Assembly: GCA_036446035.1 (NCBI GenBank)
Contig: JAZFSG010000046.1
Coordinates: 5,283 to 69,282 of the forward strand
Length of the DNA stretch: 64,000 bases
Direction: 5' to 3'
Source of the DNA: Acidimicrobiia bacterium
GTDB lineage: Bacteria > Actinomycetota > Acidimicrobiia > Spongiisociales > JAOTWH01
Below, one piece after another: positions 10,040 through 20,423 of this stretch; position 1 is the first letter of the stretch; every line of letters starts with the position of its first letter. The position numbers were made by a program, and so were the translations under genes. The notes under the pieces were generated by a model, which did no database searches, was not told the DNA's origin, and saw only the letters and a list, made by a program, of their open reading frames with translations.

Positions 10040-10759
10040 TTAGCCCTCGAGCTCGAAGAGTGCCGGCCGTGACGGAGCGATGAGGTTGATCGCCCAGCCT
10101 TCGGGTATCTCAGCGGACAGGAGGGCCAGGAACGCCGCAGCTTTGGACTCCATGTCGGACGGGCGTCCGAGTCGGGCGACGACCCCGGCCCGGTCGACCC
10201 ACACCTCCCCTGCGACCAGCGACAAGGTCGTGTCGGCACCGTCACCGAGCACCGCCAGGAACGCCAGACTCTCGGCAACGATCGAAGGGTCGTCGATCCG
10301 CGCCAATCCTTCGGCACCATCGCCCGCCGGCCCGAGCCGAGTGAGATCACCGGCTACCAGATTCCAGCCCCCGAACTCGTCGGCGACAGCCGCCGCCGGA
10401 CTCCTCTCGACGACGTCGATCTCGATCCTGCCAGGGAACAACACATTCACGGTGGCACCGCTCACCCAAGGATTGGCCTCGAGGAACGACTCGATCTCGT
10501 CGGCGGCGAGTATGGCAGTCAGCAGCGGAGTTCCCTCAGCAACCCCGGCGGCGGAGAGCGCACCGGGAACGTCGGCTCGCGCCGGGTCGCCGAACACGAT
10601 GGTGTCGATGTCGAGCAGCTCAGACTGCGTGGCCCACCATCCAAGGCCAACGAGGCCCAACAGCACTGCGGCGACGATCATCGACCGCAGCCGTCGCCGG
10701 GCGCCATGCTCGGCGACTGTGTGACGGCGTTTGGCGATCCGCGGATCGATAACGCTCAT
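10040..10759 (-). CDS. ftsQ: cell division protein FtsQ/DivIB
   Basis: Single N-terminal TM segment followed by a POTRA/FtsQ domain, in the conserved position between murB and ftsZ. The start was trimmed to the ATG adjacent to the murB stop. Confidence 0.8.
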   Translation of the reverse strand: MSVIDPRIAKRRHTVAEHGARRRLRSMIVAAVLLGLVGLGWWATQSELLDIDTIVFGDPARADVPGALSAAGVAEGTPLLTAILAADEIESFLEANPWVSGATVNVLFPGRIEIDVVERSPAAAVADEFGGWNLVAGDLTRLGPAGDGAEGLARIDDPSIVAESLAFLAVLGDGADTTLSLVAGEVWVDRAGVVARLGRPSDMESKAAAFLALLSAEIPEGWAINLIAPSRPALFELEG

Positions 10760-11667
10760 GGCGCCTCGTCCGGCGAGGGCTCGAACTCGCCGGCGAAACG
10801 GACCTCGGGCTCGAGCCACACCCCCGTGGTGTCACCGATGAGCTTGCGCACAGCCCACACCAGGTCGTACACGTCCTGGGCAGAGGCTCCGGGATCTGCT
10901 TCTAAGAAGTTGGCGTGTTTCTCGGACACTCGCACGCCTCCCCGGGCCAGGCCTTTGAGTCCCGCATCGTCGATGATCCTCCCGGCGACGTCCCCTGAGG
11001 GGTTCTTGAAGACACTTCCGGCATTGAGGGTTCCTCCCGGCTGGTGCTCGCGTCGCCACTGAGTGATCCTTCGGATCTCGCGCGCACCATCGTCGGGGTC
11101 GATCTCAGAAGTGAGGAAAGTGGCTTCGACGACTGCGTCGGGCTGGGCGAGGTTGGAAGATCGGTAGGCCAGCTCCATGTCCTCGGCGGTCAGAGACCGG
11201 ATCGACCCATCGCGCAGGTCTATGACACTCGCGGTATCCAGACAGTCGGCGACGTCGGACCCATGACAGCCGGCGTTCATGCGCACAGCTCCGCCAACCG
11301 AGCCGGGAACACCAACACACCATTCGAGGCCGCCCCTCCCCTGTTGCACGGCGGTTCTGGCAAGTACCGGCAACGAGACTGCGCCTCCGGCCCGCACGCG
11401 ATCGTCCGCTACCTCGATCTCAGCGAAGCCGCTGCCGAGCCTGACTACCAGCCCGTCGAAGCCTTTGTCTGCAACGACCAAGTTGCTGCCGCGGCCGAGC
11501 ATGAGCACGTCGGTGCCGGCAAAGGCTTCGACCACGGCCTGAAGCTCGGACAGGCTCGACGGCTCAGCCAACCAGGCAGCGGCGCCGCCGAGCTTGTAGG
11601 TCGTCGAAGCTGCCAGCGACACGCCCGCAGTAAGCACGCCGAGTTCCTCGAGCTCGCGACGGCTCAC
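10756..11667 (-). CDS. murB: UDP-N-acetylenolpyruvoylglucosamine reductase
   Basis: FAD-binding N-domain (TTYKLGGAAAWL, GRGSNLVV) and C-terminal MurB domain (AGSVFKNP). GTGA overlap with the murC stop. The ORF track adds 112 spurious N-terminal codons. Confidence 0.85.
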   Translation of the reverse strand: MSRRELEELGVLTAGVSLAASTTYKLGGAAAWLAEPSSLSELQAVVEAFAGTDVLMLGRGSNLVVADKGFDGLVVRLGSGFAEIEVADDRVRAGGAVSLPVLARTAVQQGRGGLEWCVGVPGSVGGAVRMNAGCHGSDVADCLDTASVIDLRDGSIRSLTAEDMELAYRSSNLAQPDAVVEATFLTSEIDPDDGAREIRRITQWRREHQPGGTLNAGSVFKNPSGDVAGRIIDDAGLKGLARGGVRVSEKHANFLEADPGASAQDVYDLVWAVRKLIGDTTGVWLEPEVRFAGEFEPSPDEAP

Positions 11668-13031
11668 GGCGCCGCCTCCAGAAGTGTTGCCAATTCGTCG
11701 GCCGCACTCGTGATATCGCCTGCACCCATCATCAGCACGAGGTCCCCATCGCCAACGATCGAGGCCAGGTGCCGTGCCAGCTGCCTGCGGTCTGGCTGGT
11801 AGGCCACTCGCTCTCCCCCTGCGTTGAGAACGGCGTCGGCAACCAGGTGTCCGGTGACCCCGGGTATCGGGACCTCGCCGGCACCGTAGACATCGGTAAT
11901 GACGACATGGTCGGAAACGGCTAGTGCCCTTCCGAATGAGCTTGCCAACTCGGCCGTTCGTGAATATCGATGAGGTTGGAAGACCGCCCACACCTTGGAC
12001 CACGGACCGACGCGGGCCGCTGCCAGAACGGCGCCTATCTCCGTCGGATGGTGGGCGTAGTCGTCAACGATCGTGACTCCCCGTACTCGCGCCCTGACCT
12101 CGAACCGCCTCCGCACTCCGGCGAAGTCCTTGAGACCCGTTGCGGCCTCTGCTGGGTCGTTTCCGAGTTCGGCGGCGAGAGCCAGCACTCCGGCGGCGTC
12201 GCGGGCGATGTGGAGGCCAGGCTTCGGAATCTCGACGTCGATCGATCTCCCGCGACCTGTCAACCGGAAGCGAACCTGCCAGGCCCCGTGTTCAACAGCG
12301 TCGATGACCCAATCGGCATCAGGTGAGGTGCCCCACGTCAGGGCTCCCACCCGCTCTGCCAGCCCGCGGCCGCCGGCATCGTCGATACATACAACGACGG
12401 GACCGTCCACCTCGCCGGCAACGGCTGCGAACGCATCCTCGAGGGCGCCAAGGGTTCCATAGTGGTCAAGGTGGTCGGCTTCGACACCGGTCACGGTCAA
12501 ACCCGTCAGCTCCAGCGATAGAAAGGTGCCGAACGCCTCGTCTGCTTCGATCAGGAAGAGCTCGCGATCGCCCAGGTGGGCGTTGGTGTTGAGGTCGGGG
12601 AGGTCGCCACCGACCATGAAGCTCGGGTCTTCGCCGAGGGCACGCCAGGCTGCGACCGCCATGGCGGTCGACGTTGTCTTACCGTGAGTTCCGGTGAAGC
12701 CGATCCCCGGCATCGCTTCGGTGATCGCAGCGAGCAAGCGCGGACGCTGCCATACCGGAATCCCGACGTCGGCCGCTGCCCGCAACTCCGGATCACTCTC
12801 GGGAACAGCGGAAGATGCCACGACGAGTTCGACCTCGGGTACTGACTCGGGGCGGTGGCCGATCCAGGTAGCAACACCGAGCTCAGCAAGAGCATCCGAT
12901 GCCCGGCTCGGTTTCAGATCCGACCCGGTGACCTCGATACCACTCTGAGCCAAGAGCTTGGCCAGACCGCTCATGCCGTAGCCGCCGATCCCGACTACAT
13001 GAACCCTGGAGAACCCAATGAGTTCCTTCAC
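11664..13031 (-). CDS. murC: UDP-N-acetylmuramate--L-alanine ligase
   Basis: VHVVGIGGYGMSGLA and GTHGKTTSTAM (Mur ligase P-loop). ATGA overlap with the murG stop. Confidence 0.9.
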   Translation of the reverse strand: MKELIGFSRVHVVGIGGYGMSGLAKLLAQSGIEVTGSDLKPSRASDALAELGVATWIGHRPESVPEVELVVASSAVPESDPELRAAADVGIPVWQRPRLLAAITEAMPGIGFTGTHGKTTSTAMAVAAWRALGEDPSFMVGGDLPDLNTNAHLGDRELFLIEADEAFGTFLSLELTGLTVTGVEADHLDHYGTLGALEDAFAAVAGEVDGPVVVCIDDAGGRGLAERVGALTWGTSPDADWVIDAVEHGAWQVRFRLTGRGRSIDVEIPKPGLHIARDAAGVLALAAELGNDPAEAATGLKDFAGVRRRFEVRARVRGVTIVDDYAHHPTEIGAVLAAARVGPWSKVWAVFQPHRYSRTAELASSFGRALAVSDHVVITDVYGAGEVPIPGVTGHLVADAVLNAGGERVAYQPDRRQLARHLASIVGDGDLVLMMGAGDITSAADELATLLEAAP

Positions 13032-14110
13032 TTTGTGCCTCCGCCAGCTGCCCCGATGACGGCTTCGGCGACCGCGACCGCTGCCTGGGGGCGACTGGCT
13101 CCCAATGCTGCCGCGCTCATGGCCGCGAGCTGCTTCGGATCCGCCAGCAGCCTGTCGATCACACTTCCCAGGATGCCGAGGTCTCCCTGTTGCACGACAA
13201 CTGCGGCGCCGGCGTTGACCAGATAGTTGGCGTTGTTCTCCTGGGCGACGGCCTCGAGTGGCACCAAAACCGACGGCGTTGCGGTGGCTGCCAGCTCGCT
13301 GACTGTGCTGGCCCCGGCGCGGCTGACAACAAGGTCACAGGCCGCGTAGAAGTCTTCCATGGAGTTCTCGAATCCGACGATGCGCCAGGGTATCGGTGCT
13401 TCTTTAGAGCGTTGCAGCAATGCCTCGCCATGGCTTGGCCCAACGAGGTGCACAAGGGCGGGTCTGTCTGGCCTCTCTGCATAGCGACTCACCGCGTTGT
13501 TGATGGCGACCGCGCCCTGGCTCCCACCCATAACCCCTACAACCAAGCCGGCAACATCCAGGCCGTAGCGCTCCCTGGCGGCGTGACGCCGTGCCCCCTT
13601 GTCCATGCTGATCAGAGAGCGACGAAGTGGGTTGCCAACGACCTGCGCGCCGCGGAGCTTTGCCGCTGCCTCGGGGAAGGCAACGAGCACCTTGGCGGCG
13701 CCGCGCGACACCAGCCGATTCGCCAAGCCGGGGTGGCCGTTCTGCTCGTGCACAACGTACGGCACGTCGCTGCGCCGTGCCGCCATGACGCTGGGGACGG
13801 TGATATAGCCCCCCATGACCAGCAAGGACTTCACCCGGCGTCGTCGCAGCTCGGCGGTGACCGTCGCTGCGGCGCGACGGACCACGAACGGCAGAGACAG
13901 ATTGGAGAGGGAAAGCGATCGACGCAGGCCTCTCATCTCGACCGAGATCAGCTCGTATCCGGCCTCGGGGATCACGGTGGCCTCGAGGCGGTCCGCCCCT
14001 ATGAACGCGATGTCATCTCGCTCGACTCCTGCGGTGACCATCTCCTGAGCGACCGCCAAAGCTGGGTAGATGTGCCCGCCGGTCCCCGCCGCCGCAATGG
14101 CGTAGCTCAC
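13028..14110 (-). CDS. murG: undecaprenyldiphospho-muramoylpentapeptide beta-N-acetylglucosaminyltransferase
   Basis: IAAAGTGGHIYPALAVA N-terminus and a GT28 C-terminal domain. GTGA overlap with the ftsW stop. The ORF-track N-terminal 158 codons are an artifact. Confidence 0.85.
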   Translation of the reverse strand: MSYAIAAAGTGGHIYPALAVAQEMVTAGVERDDIAFIGADRLEATVIPEAGYELISVEMRGLRRSLSLSNLSLPFVVRRAAATVTAELRRRRVKSLLVMGGYITVPSVMAARRSDVPYVVHEQNGHPGLANRLVSRGAAKVLVAFPEAAAKLRGAQVVGNPLRRSLISMDKGARRHAARERYGLDVAGLVVGVMGGSQGAVAINNAVSRYAERPDRPALVHLVGPSHGEALLQRSKEAPIPWRIVGFENSMEDFYAACDLVVSRAGASTVSELAATATPSVLVPLEAVAQENNANYLVNAGAAVVVQQGDLGILGSVIDRLLADPKQLAAMSAAALGASRPQAAVAVAEAVIGAAGGGTK

Positions 14111-15261
14111 CGTGGTTTCGCCGTCTTGGCGATGTTGACCAACACCCCGACGGTGATCATGTTGATCAGCAAGGCGTTGCCGCCGAACGACATGAACGGG
14201 AGAGGAACCCCCGTAATGGGCAGCAGCGCTATCACACCGCCGATGTTGACGAGGGCCTGGGTCGATAGCCAGGCGACGATCCCGATCGCCAGCAACCGGC
14301 CGAACCGGTCCTCGGTCCGCAAGGCGATCGCGGTGCCTGCGACGGCGAAGATCGTGAACAAGACGAGAACCACAATGCCGCCTGCGAAACCGGTCTCCTC
14401 TCCCACTATGGCGAAGATGAAGTCGGTATGGGCATTCGGCAGGAACTCCCAGCGAGCCCTGCTCAACCCGAGCCCGACTCCGAATAGCCCGCCCGTGCCG
14501 AGGGCAACCATGCTTTGAACGGCCTGGAAGCCGGTGTCGAGGCTGTCTGCGAACGGATCCATGAAGGCGGTAACCCTCTCCCACCGGTATGGCTCAGCCG
14601 CGGCGAGTGCCATGCCGACGGCCGCTCCTGCCATGCCAGAGCCGATTACGTAACCAAGGGGGGCGCGCGACGCCATGAGAACGGCGAACGCTCCGGCAGC
14701 GATGATGATCACCGTTCCCATGTCCGGTTGCGATAGAACGAGGATGCCAACGATGCCGAGCGATAGCACAACGGGCCACACGAAGTCTGCGAACCTCGTG
14801 ATGGAGTCTTCCCGCTTGGCCATGATCATGGCCAAGAAGACGACGACGGCGAACTTGGCGAACTCGGACGGCTGCAACGTGAGCGACCCAACCTCAAGCC
14901 AGCGACGCGATCCCCCGGCAACGACGCCGAGCTGCCTAACAGCGATCAGCGATGCGATGGTGGCGAACAGCAACGGCACGGCCATCTTGGCGTACAGGCG
15001 GTACGGCACCCGAGAGGCAACAGTCAGACCGATCAGCCCCAGCCCGGCCCACGCCAGCTGCCGCTTGAAGTAATAGAGGCCATCCCCGGTCTCGGTGAAG
15101 GAAACGACCGATGAGGCGCTCATGAGCGCCCCAAGCCCGACCACCAGTAGCAAAGCGACCGGGATCAACAGCATCACCGTGACTCGGGCCGTCTCCGATT
15201 GACTGCGGGCTCTGGTCCTTGCCCTACGGCGGGTCGCCCCGATAGATACGACACTGGCCAT
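14107..15261 (-). CDS. ftsW: lipid II flippase / peptidoglycan glycosyltransferase FtsW (SEDS family)
   Basis: Ten-TM SEDS protein with DFIF, PxxG and TDFIFA-like motifs. ATGA overlap with the murD stop. Confidence 0.85.
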   Translation of the reverse strand: MASVVSIGATRRRARTRARSQSETARVTVMLLIPVALLLVVGLGALMSASSVVSFTETGDGLYYFKRQLAWAGLGLIGLTVASRVPYRLYAKMAVPLLFATIASLIAVRQLGVVAGGSRRWLEVGSLTLQPSEFAKFAVVVFLAMIMAKREDSITRFADFVWPVVLSLGIVGILVLSQPDMGTVIIIAAGAFAVLMASRAPLGYVIGSGMAGAAVGMALAAAEPYRWERVTAFMDPFADSLDTGFQAVQSMVALGTGGLFGVGLGLSRARWEFLPNAHTDFIFAIVGEETGFAGGIVVLVLFTIFAVAGTAIALRTEDRFGRLLAIGIVAWLSTQALVNIGGVIALLPITGVPLPFMSFGGNALLINMITVGVLVNIAKTAKPR

Positions 15262-16535
15262 CAGCCCGTCCTCGCTTTCACGGCTGCTGCGAAGGCGTCT
15301 CCGCGGGCGCTGTAGGACTCGAACTGATCGAAGCTGGCGCATCCCGGCGCCAGAAGAACGACATCGCCCTGCTCAGCAATGGAGTTGGCGGCTGTAACCG
15401 CTTCCTCGATGGAGTCTGCGCCCGTCGTTATGTCGGGGGCGGCCTCCAGCAGTTCGGAGGCGGACTCGCCGATCGCGAAGATGCGTCGCACCGTGGGAAC
15501 CGTCGCAAGACCGGACAGATCGAGTCCTTTGTTACGTCCACCGGCGATCAGGATGACCGAGTCAAACGCCGCCGCTGATGCCATGGCGGCGTGTGGGTTA
15601 GTGGCCTTGGAGTCGTCAACCCAGCTAACGCCTCCATCCGTGGCCACGACGGAGCGACGGTGGGGCGCAGGCTCGAACTCGGCGATGGCCTTGGCCATGG
15701 CCTCCACTCCGACACCGACCTGGGCGGCGGCGACAGCAGCGGCCGCCATGTCGACGGCGAACGCAACATCGAGGGCGCCGATCTCAATGACGTCGTCCCC
15801 AACCCACAGAGTCCCGTCCTCGACGCCGCCCGCACTCTCCCGCCGGTTACCCGAGACCGCAAGAGTCCTCACGTCCACCGAATCGGCAATAGCGATCGCT
15901 CCGGTGTCATCTGCATCGAAGATCAGCGGGTCACCGGCGTCCATGTTCTCGGCGATTCGCGCTTTGGCGGCGGCGTAGGCCTCGAACGACCCGTGCCAGT
16001 CGAGATGGTCCGGAGCCACATTGAGGACAACGGCGACCTTCGGGGCAAATGTGCTGATGAATTTCAGCTGGAAGCTTGACGCCTCTGCGACGATCAGATC
16101 GTGGTCCTCCTCGGCGACGTCACTGAGGGCCGTCCCGATGTTGCCAGCGGCGACGACAGAACTCCCGCCAGCGCGGGCCATATCTGTGATGAGCTGTGTG
16201 GTTGTCGTCTTACCGTTGGTGCCGGTCACGGCCACGATCGGTGCGGTGGCGTGCCTCCAGCCGAGTTCCATCTCGCTGATCACCTCGACACCGGCGGTGA
16301 CGGCGTCGACGATCGGCGTCGAGTGTTCCGGGAAGCCGGGGCTCGCCACCACGGTCGTGACGCCGCGTAGACAGCCCGATTGCCACTCCCCTGAATTGAT
16401 CTCGAAAGCCTCGTCGCGCAACCCGGCAACGGCGTCAGGATGTTCGTCGAACACCACGACCTCCTGTCCGTGGCGCCGCAACAGGCGGGCTGCCGCCAGG
16501 CCAGAAGCCCCGGCACCGAGGACGAGGTACTTCAT
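15261..16535 (-). CDS. murD: UDP-N-acetylmuramoylalanine--D-glutamate ligase
   Basis: MKYLVLGAGASGLAAARLL Rossmann N-terminus and GTNGKTTTT P-loop. ATGA overlap with the mraY stop. Confidence 0.9.
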   Translation of the reverse strand: MKYLVLGAGASGLAAARLLRRHGQEVVVFDEHPDAVAGLRDEAFEINSGEWQSGCLRGVTTVVASPGFPEHSTPIVDAVTAGVEVISEMELGWRHATAPIVAVTGTNGKTTTTQLITDMARAGGSSVVAAGNIGTALSDVAEEDHDLIVAEASSFQLKFISTFAPKVAVVLNVAPDHLDWHGSFEAYAAAKARIAENMDAGDPLIFDADDTGAIAIADSVDVRTLAVSGNRRESAGGVEDGTLWVGDDVIEIGALDVAFAVDMAAAAVAAAQVGVGVEAMAKAIAEFEPAPHRRSVVATDGGVSWVDDSKATNPHAAMASAAAFDSVILIAGGRNKGLDLSGLATVPTVRRIFAIGESASELLEAAPDITTGADSIEEAVTAANSIAEQGDVVLLAPGCASFDQFESYSARGDAFAAAVKARTG

Positions 16536-17584
16536 TCGAGCCCCCCGGTCGTTGCGATGAAATCGCCGTAGAAGAGCCCAACACCAAGGGCGGCGACCAG
16601 GGCCGCCAAGATCCAGAAGCGGATGATGATGGTGGTCTCGGGCCAACCCCCAAGTTCGAAATGGTGATGGATCGGGGTCATTCTGAAGACTCGCCTCCCC
16701 CAGCCGCGGAACGAGATCACCTGGATGATCACCGAAGCCGTCTCCATCACGTAGAGCCCGCCGAGAACTATCAATAGCAGATGGGTGTTGGTGAGCAGGG
16801 CCAGCGCGGCCATTCCGCCGCCGAGCCCCTGACTACCGACGTCGCCCATGAAGATCTGGGCCGGCGCCGCGTTCCACCACAGGAATCCAAGTGCCGCGCC
16901 AGCCATCGCCGCGGCAACGATCGCCAGGTCCAGTGCGTCCCCGACCTCGTAGAAATCGGGATTACGGAACTGCCAAAAGGAAATGATGACGAAGGCGCCG
17001 AACACCAGCGAGCCGGATCCTGCGGCCAGCCCATCAAGGCCATCTGTCAAGTTGACTGCGTTGGCCGTCGCCGTGAGCATCAAGAGCACGAGCACGACGT
17101 AGAAGGGACCCAGATCGAGGCCGAGACCTCTCGTGAACGACAGTTCGGTGCTTACATCGGCGGCCACTGCACCCCAAGCGAAGAGCCCTGCTATGGCGAG
17201 CTGGCCGAGGAACTTCCAGCGCTTCGACAACCCGAGGTTCCTCTCACGGCGAACCTTCGAGTAGTCGTCGAGGAATCCGATGAGCCCCATCCCCAACGTC
17301 GCCCCAATGGCCAGAAGCCCGGGACCGGTAAAGGGGCGCCACTCCAGTGCGAAACCCTCGCCGGGGATCCACGCTCGGAGGTGTGCGAATAGGTAGCCGA
17401 ACACCACAGCGGCGAGAATGACGACGCCGCCCATGGTCGGTGTCCCCTTCTTGTGGGCGTGTCCCTCAACGTCCTCGCGAATGAACTGCCCGATGTCCTT
17501 GCGACGTAAGACGCGGATCGCCGAAGGCGTCGCGAAGATGGCAAGGACGAAGGCCGTGGCACCGCTGATGAGAAGTGCGATCAT
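16532..17584 (-). CDS. mraY: phospho-N-acetylmuramoyl-pentapeptide transferase
   Basis: Multi-TM protein with NAVNLTDGLDGLA and HHHFE motifs. The start MIALLISG overlaps the murF stop as ATGA. The ORF track adds 134 extra codons. Confidence 0.9.
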   Translation of the reverse strand: MIALLISGATAFVLAIFATPSAIRVLRRKDIGQFIREDVEGHAHKKGTPTMGGVVILAAVVFGYLFAHLRAWIPGEGFALEWRPFTGPGLLAIGATLGMGLIGFLDDYSKVRRERNLGLSKRWKFLGQLAIAGLFAWGAVAADVSTELSFTRGLGLDLGPFYVVLVLLMLTATANAVNLTDGLDGLAAGSGSLVFGAFVIISFWQFRNPDFYEVGDALDLAIVAAAMAGAALGFLWWNAAPAQIFMGDVGSQGLGGGMAALALLTNTHLLLIVLGGLYVMETASVIIQVISFRGWGRRVFRMTPIHHHFELGGWPETTIIIRFWILAALVAALGVGLFYGDFIATTGGLE

Positions 17585-18906
17585 GCCGCAGCCTCTTCGG
17601 CGAGCTGTGAGGCGAGGACCTCGAGCCCGACCACTCGCGAGCCCTTGACGAGGACTGCACCGCCGGGCTGCATGGCGTCCATGACCGACTTCCGGGCAGC
17701 TCCGATATCCGAAACCGGAAGAGCCACGGTCCCCGCTCCTTCGACCAACCCGGGGGCGTCGCCGACGACGATGACGGGATCGAACCCAAGCTCGCGGGCG
17801 AGCGCTCCGACGCGCTCGTGCTCCGACTCCGAGACCGTCCCCAGCTCTGCCATCAACCCGAGCACTGCGACGAGGCGATCGCTGAGCTGCGCAGTGGTGC
17901 GGAGGGCCGCTTCCACCGATGTCGGGTTGGCGTTGTAGCTGTCGTTGACAACGATGAAGCTGCCGCGATGGACCTCCATCCTCCATGGGGATCCGACCGC
18001 CGCCTCGATGCCGGCAATGGCGGCCTCAAGGTCTCTCCCGGCAGCAACCGCGGCGGCGGCGGCCGCCGCCGCATTGAGAGCCTGGTGGGCACCCGCCATC
18101 GTCAGCCCGACCTCGATGGTGGCACCAAAGCCATTCAGGATGAACCGTGCCCGTCCCACCTCGTCGAGCTCGACATTCGAAACGGCAACATCCGCCCTGG
18201 GGTCTTCGCCGAAGCGAAGTTCTTCTCCCTCGAAGCTCAGCCGACCCTCCCCGTATGGCAGGATCGCGATGCCATCTTCGCTGAGGGCGCCGAGCAACTC
18301 TCTCTTGGCCGCGGCGAGCTCGTCCGTCGTTCCGAAGGTTTCGAGGTGCACTAGCCCAAGGTTGGTGACAACCGCAACGTCGGGAACAACCGCAGGCGCC
18401 AGGCTGGCGATGTGGCCGGGCCCTCGACTGCCAACCTCAACAATGAGTGACGAGGCGCCATCGGGAGTCGCCAACACCGTGAGAGGCACTCCGATCTCGT
18501 TGTTGTACGAGGCCGGAGACGCCCAGCTGTCCGCACCCATTGCTGCAGCGATCATGTCCTTGGTCGATGTCTTGCCGGTGCTTCCCGTGATCGCCACAAC
18601 CGGAACGTCGAGCTCGGCGCGACGCCCAACGGCAAGGTCCAACAGAGCTCGCTGGGTGTCGGCAACCTCGACCCGTGGCTCGACCTCAACCCGACCGGCT
18701 TCGACAAGAACCGCTGCGGCGCCGGCGGAGAGGGCAGCCTCGGAGTAGTCATGGCCATCGAAGCTCTCCCCCGCGATAGCTACGAAGAGGTCACCCGCCG
18801 CGACCTTGCGGGAGTCCGTGGATACGCCCGTCACGATCAGGTCGCCAGGGCCGCGGCGGGTCCCTCGGGTGAGGGCGGTCACAGCGTCGAGGGTCCAATG
18901 GATCAC
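17581..18906 (-). CDS. murF: UDP-N-acetylmuramoyl-tripeptide--D-alanyl-D-alanine ligase
   Basis: ITGSTGKTSTKDM P-loop and Mur ligase middle and C-terminal domains. ATGA overlap with murE. Confidence 0.9.
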   Translation of the reverse strand: MIHWTLDAVTALTRGTRRGPGDLIVTGVSTDSRKVAAGDLFVAIAGESFDGHDYSEAALSAGAAAVLVEAGRVEVEPRVEVADTQRALLDLAVGRRAELDVPVVAITGSTGKTSTKDMIAAAMGADSWASPASYNNEIGVPLTVLATPDGASSLIVEVGSRGPGHIASLAPAVVPDVAVVTNLGLVHLETFGTTDELAAAKRELLGALSEDGIAILPYGEGRLSFEGEELRFGEDPRADVAVSNVELDEVGRARFILNGFGATIEVGLTMAGAHQALNAAAAAAAAVAAGRDLEAAIAGIEAAVGSPWRMEVHRGSFIVVNDSYNANPTSVEAALRTTAQLSDRLVAVLGLMAELGTVSESEHERVGALARELGFDPVIVVGDAPGLVEGAGTVALPVSDIGAARKSVMDAMQPGGAVLVKGSRVVGLEVLASQLAEEAAA

Positions 18907-20423
18907 AGCGCCGCGGCCTCCTCTCTGATAACGGCCGCATCACTGAAGGGATCTGTCCGATCTGCGAACTGCTGGCCTTGCTCGTGGCCCTTGCCGAGGA
19001 TCAGCACCAAGTCACCTGACGTCGCTTCGGCAAGGGCGAGGCGGATGGCGGCGCGACGGTCTATCTCGACCACAACGGCCGGATGGTCCCCAACGCCCTT
19101 CATGATCTGCTGTGCGATGTCGCTTGGATCTTCTGACCGCGGGTTGTCGCTCGTGACGAACACGATGTCCCCGGCGGACGCTGCCTTCCCCATCTCGGGG
19201 CGCTTGGCGGGATCTCGATCGCCGCCGGCGCCGGTAACCACCAGAACGCGGGAAACGGTGAGTTCGCGAGCGGCCGCAACCGCCGCTTCGATGCCATCGG
19301 GGGTGTGGGCGTAGTCAACGACGACACGAAATGGCTTGGAAACGGCGATGTTCTCGAAGCGGCCGGGAACGGCTGGCGCTGCCTCGAGGCCGGCGATAAC
19401 AGCATCCAGCGGGATATCGAGATTCAAAGCACAGGCGGCTGCCACTGCCGCATTCGAGACGTTGAAAGTCCCAACCAGCGGCAAATCGACGCGACTCCGT
19501 CCACCGTCGACATTCAGATCGAAGGATGTTCCGTCCGGCGTTGCCTTCACTACGTCGACGGAGACATCGCCAGACTTCCCGACCGCAGTCACAGGTATCG
19601 ATGCCGACCCCGCCAACCGCTCGCCCCATGGATCGTCGGTCCAGATCACCGCGTGAGCGCTGCGGGCCGAATCGAATAGGCTCGCCTTCGCCTCGAAGTA
19701 GGTTTCCATGTCCATGTGGAAGTCGAGGTGATCGCGAGACAGGTTGGTGAACGCCGCCACCGCGAAAGTAGCTCCGCTCACTCTGTCGAGGCTGAGTGCA
19801 TGTGACGACACCTCGAACGCCGCGACATCGACCCCAGAGCGAACCATGGCTGCTGCCATGCGATGGAGGTCGGAGGCTTCCGGCGAAGTACGCGCCAAGG
19901 GGAAATGGTCGCTACCGATGCTCCACCCAAGCGTGCCTGCCACACCAGAGGTTCGTCCGGAATGAGCGACGATCGAGCCGAGAAGGTGCGTGACCATGGT
20001 CTTGCCGTTGGTGCCGGTCACGCCTACCGCTCGCAGGGTCTCGAAAGGGTCTCCATGAACGGCGGAGGCAAGCTGCCCGAGGGCGTGTCTCGTGTCATCA
20101 ACGACGAGCTGTGGGACGCCGATCTCGCCAACCTCGTGCTCGACGCCGACTCCGGCACATGTCGTGGCGGCTTCAGCAACGAAGTCGTGACCGTCGACGG
20201 TCAGCCCCCGCCGGGCCACGAACATCGCTCCAGAACCCCCCTCCCGGTGGTCGTGCACAACATCGTTGATGACGACATCAGCGTCGCCAACGACGCGACC
20301 GGCGACACGATCAGCGAGTGCCCGTATCGTCTCAGCCACTGGGAGGTACCCCGAGCTGGTGGAGTGCGGAGAGGGCGATCTCGCCAACGACCGGCGCCGC
20401 GATGTCCCCGCCGAATTCACCAT
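18903..20423 (-). CDS. murE: UDP-N-acetylmuramoyl-L-alanyl-D-glutamate--2,6-diaminopimelate ligase
   Basis: VTGTNGKTMVTHLL P-loop and a DNPR motif (TSDNPRSEDP). The start is uncertain: either the ATG at 20423, which overlaps the ftsI 3' end, or the GTG at 20339, which sits 4 nt after the ftsI stop. Confidence 0.85.
   Translation of the reverse strand: MVNSAGTSRRRSLARSPSPHSTSSGYLPVAETIRALADRVAGRVVGDADVVINDVVHDHREGGSGAMFVARRGLTVDGHDFVAEAATTCAGVGVEHEVGEIGVPQLVVDDTRHALGQLASAVHGDPFETLRAVGVTGTNGKTMVTHLLGSIVAHSGRTSGVAGTLGWSIGSDHFPLARTSPEASDLHRMAAAMVRSGVDVAAFEVSSHALSLDRVSGATFAVAAFTNLSRDHLDFHMDMETYFEAKASLFDSARSAHAVIWTDDPWGERLAGSASIPVTAVGKSGDVSVDVVKATPDGTSFDLNVDGGRSRVDLPLVGTFNVSNAAVAAACALNLDIPLDAVIAGLEAAPAVPGRFENIAVSKPFRVVVDYAHTPDGIEAAVAAARELTVSRVLVVTGAGGDRDPAKRPEMGKAASAGDIVFVTSDNPRSEDPSDIAQQIMKGVGDHPAVVVEIDRRAAIRLALAEATSGDLVLILGKGHEQGQQFADRTDPFSDAAVIREEAAAL

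Noticed and set aside
13190-14518. 442-aa plus-strand ORF antisense to murG/ftsW, and similar long antisense ORFs (679-1629, 9099-10016, 25641-26714, 29589-30659, 31628-32284, 40554-41705, 51217-52695)
   Set aside because: These are typical open antisense or alternate frames in high-GC DNA. They are Arg/Gly/Pro-rich with no family motifs, and each overlaps a well-supported gene on the other strand or frame.
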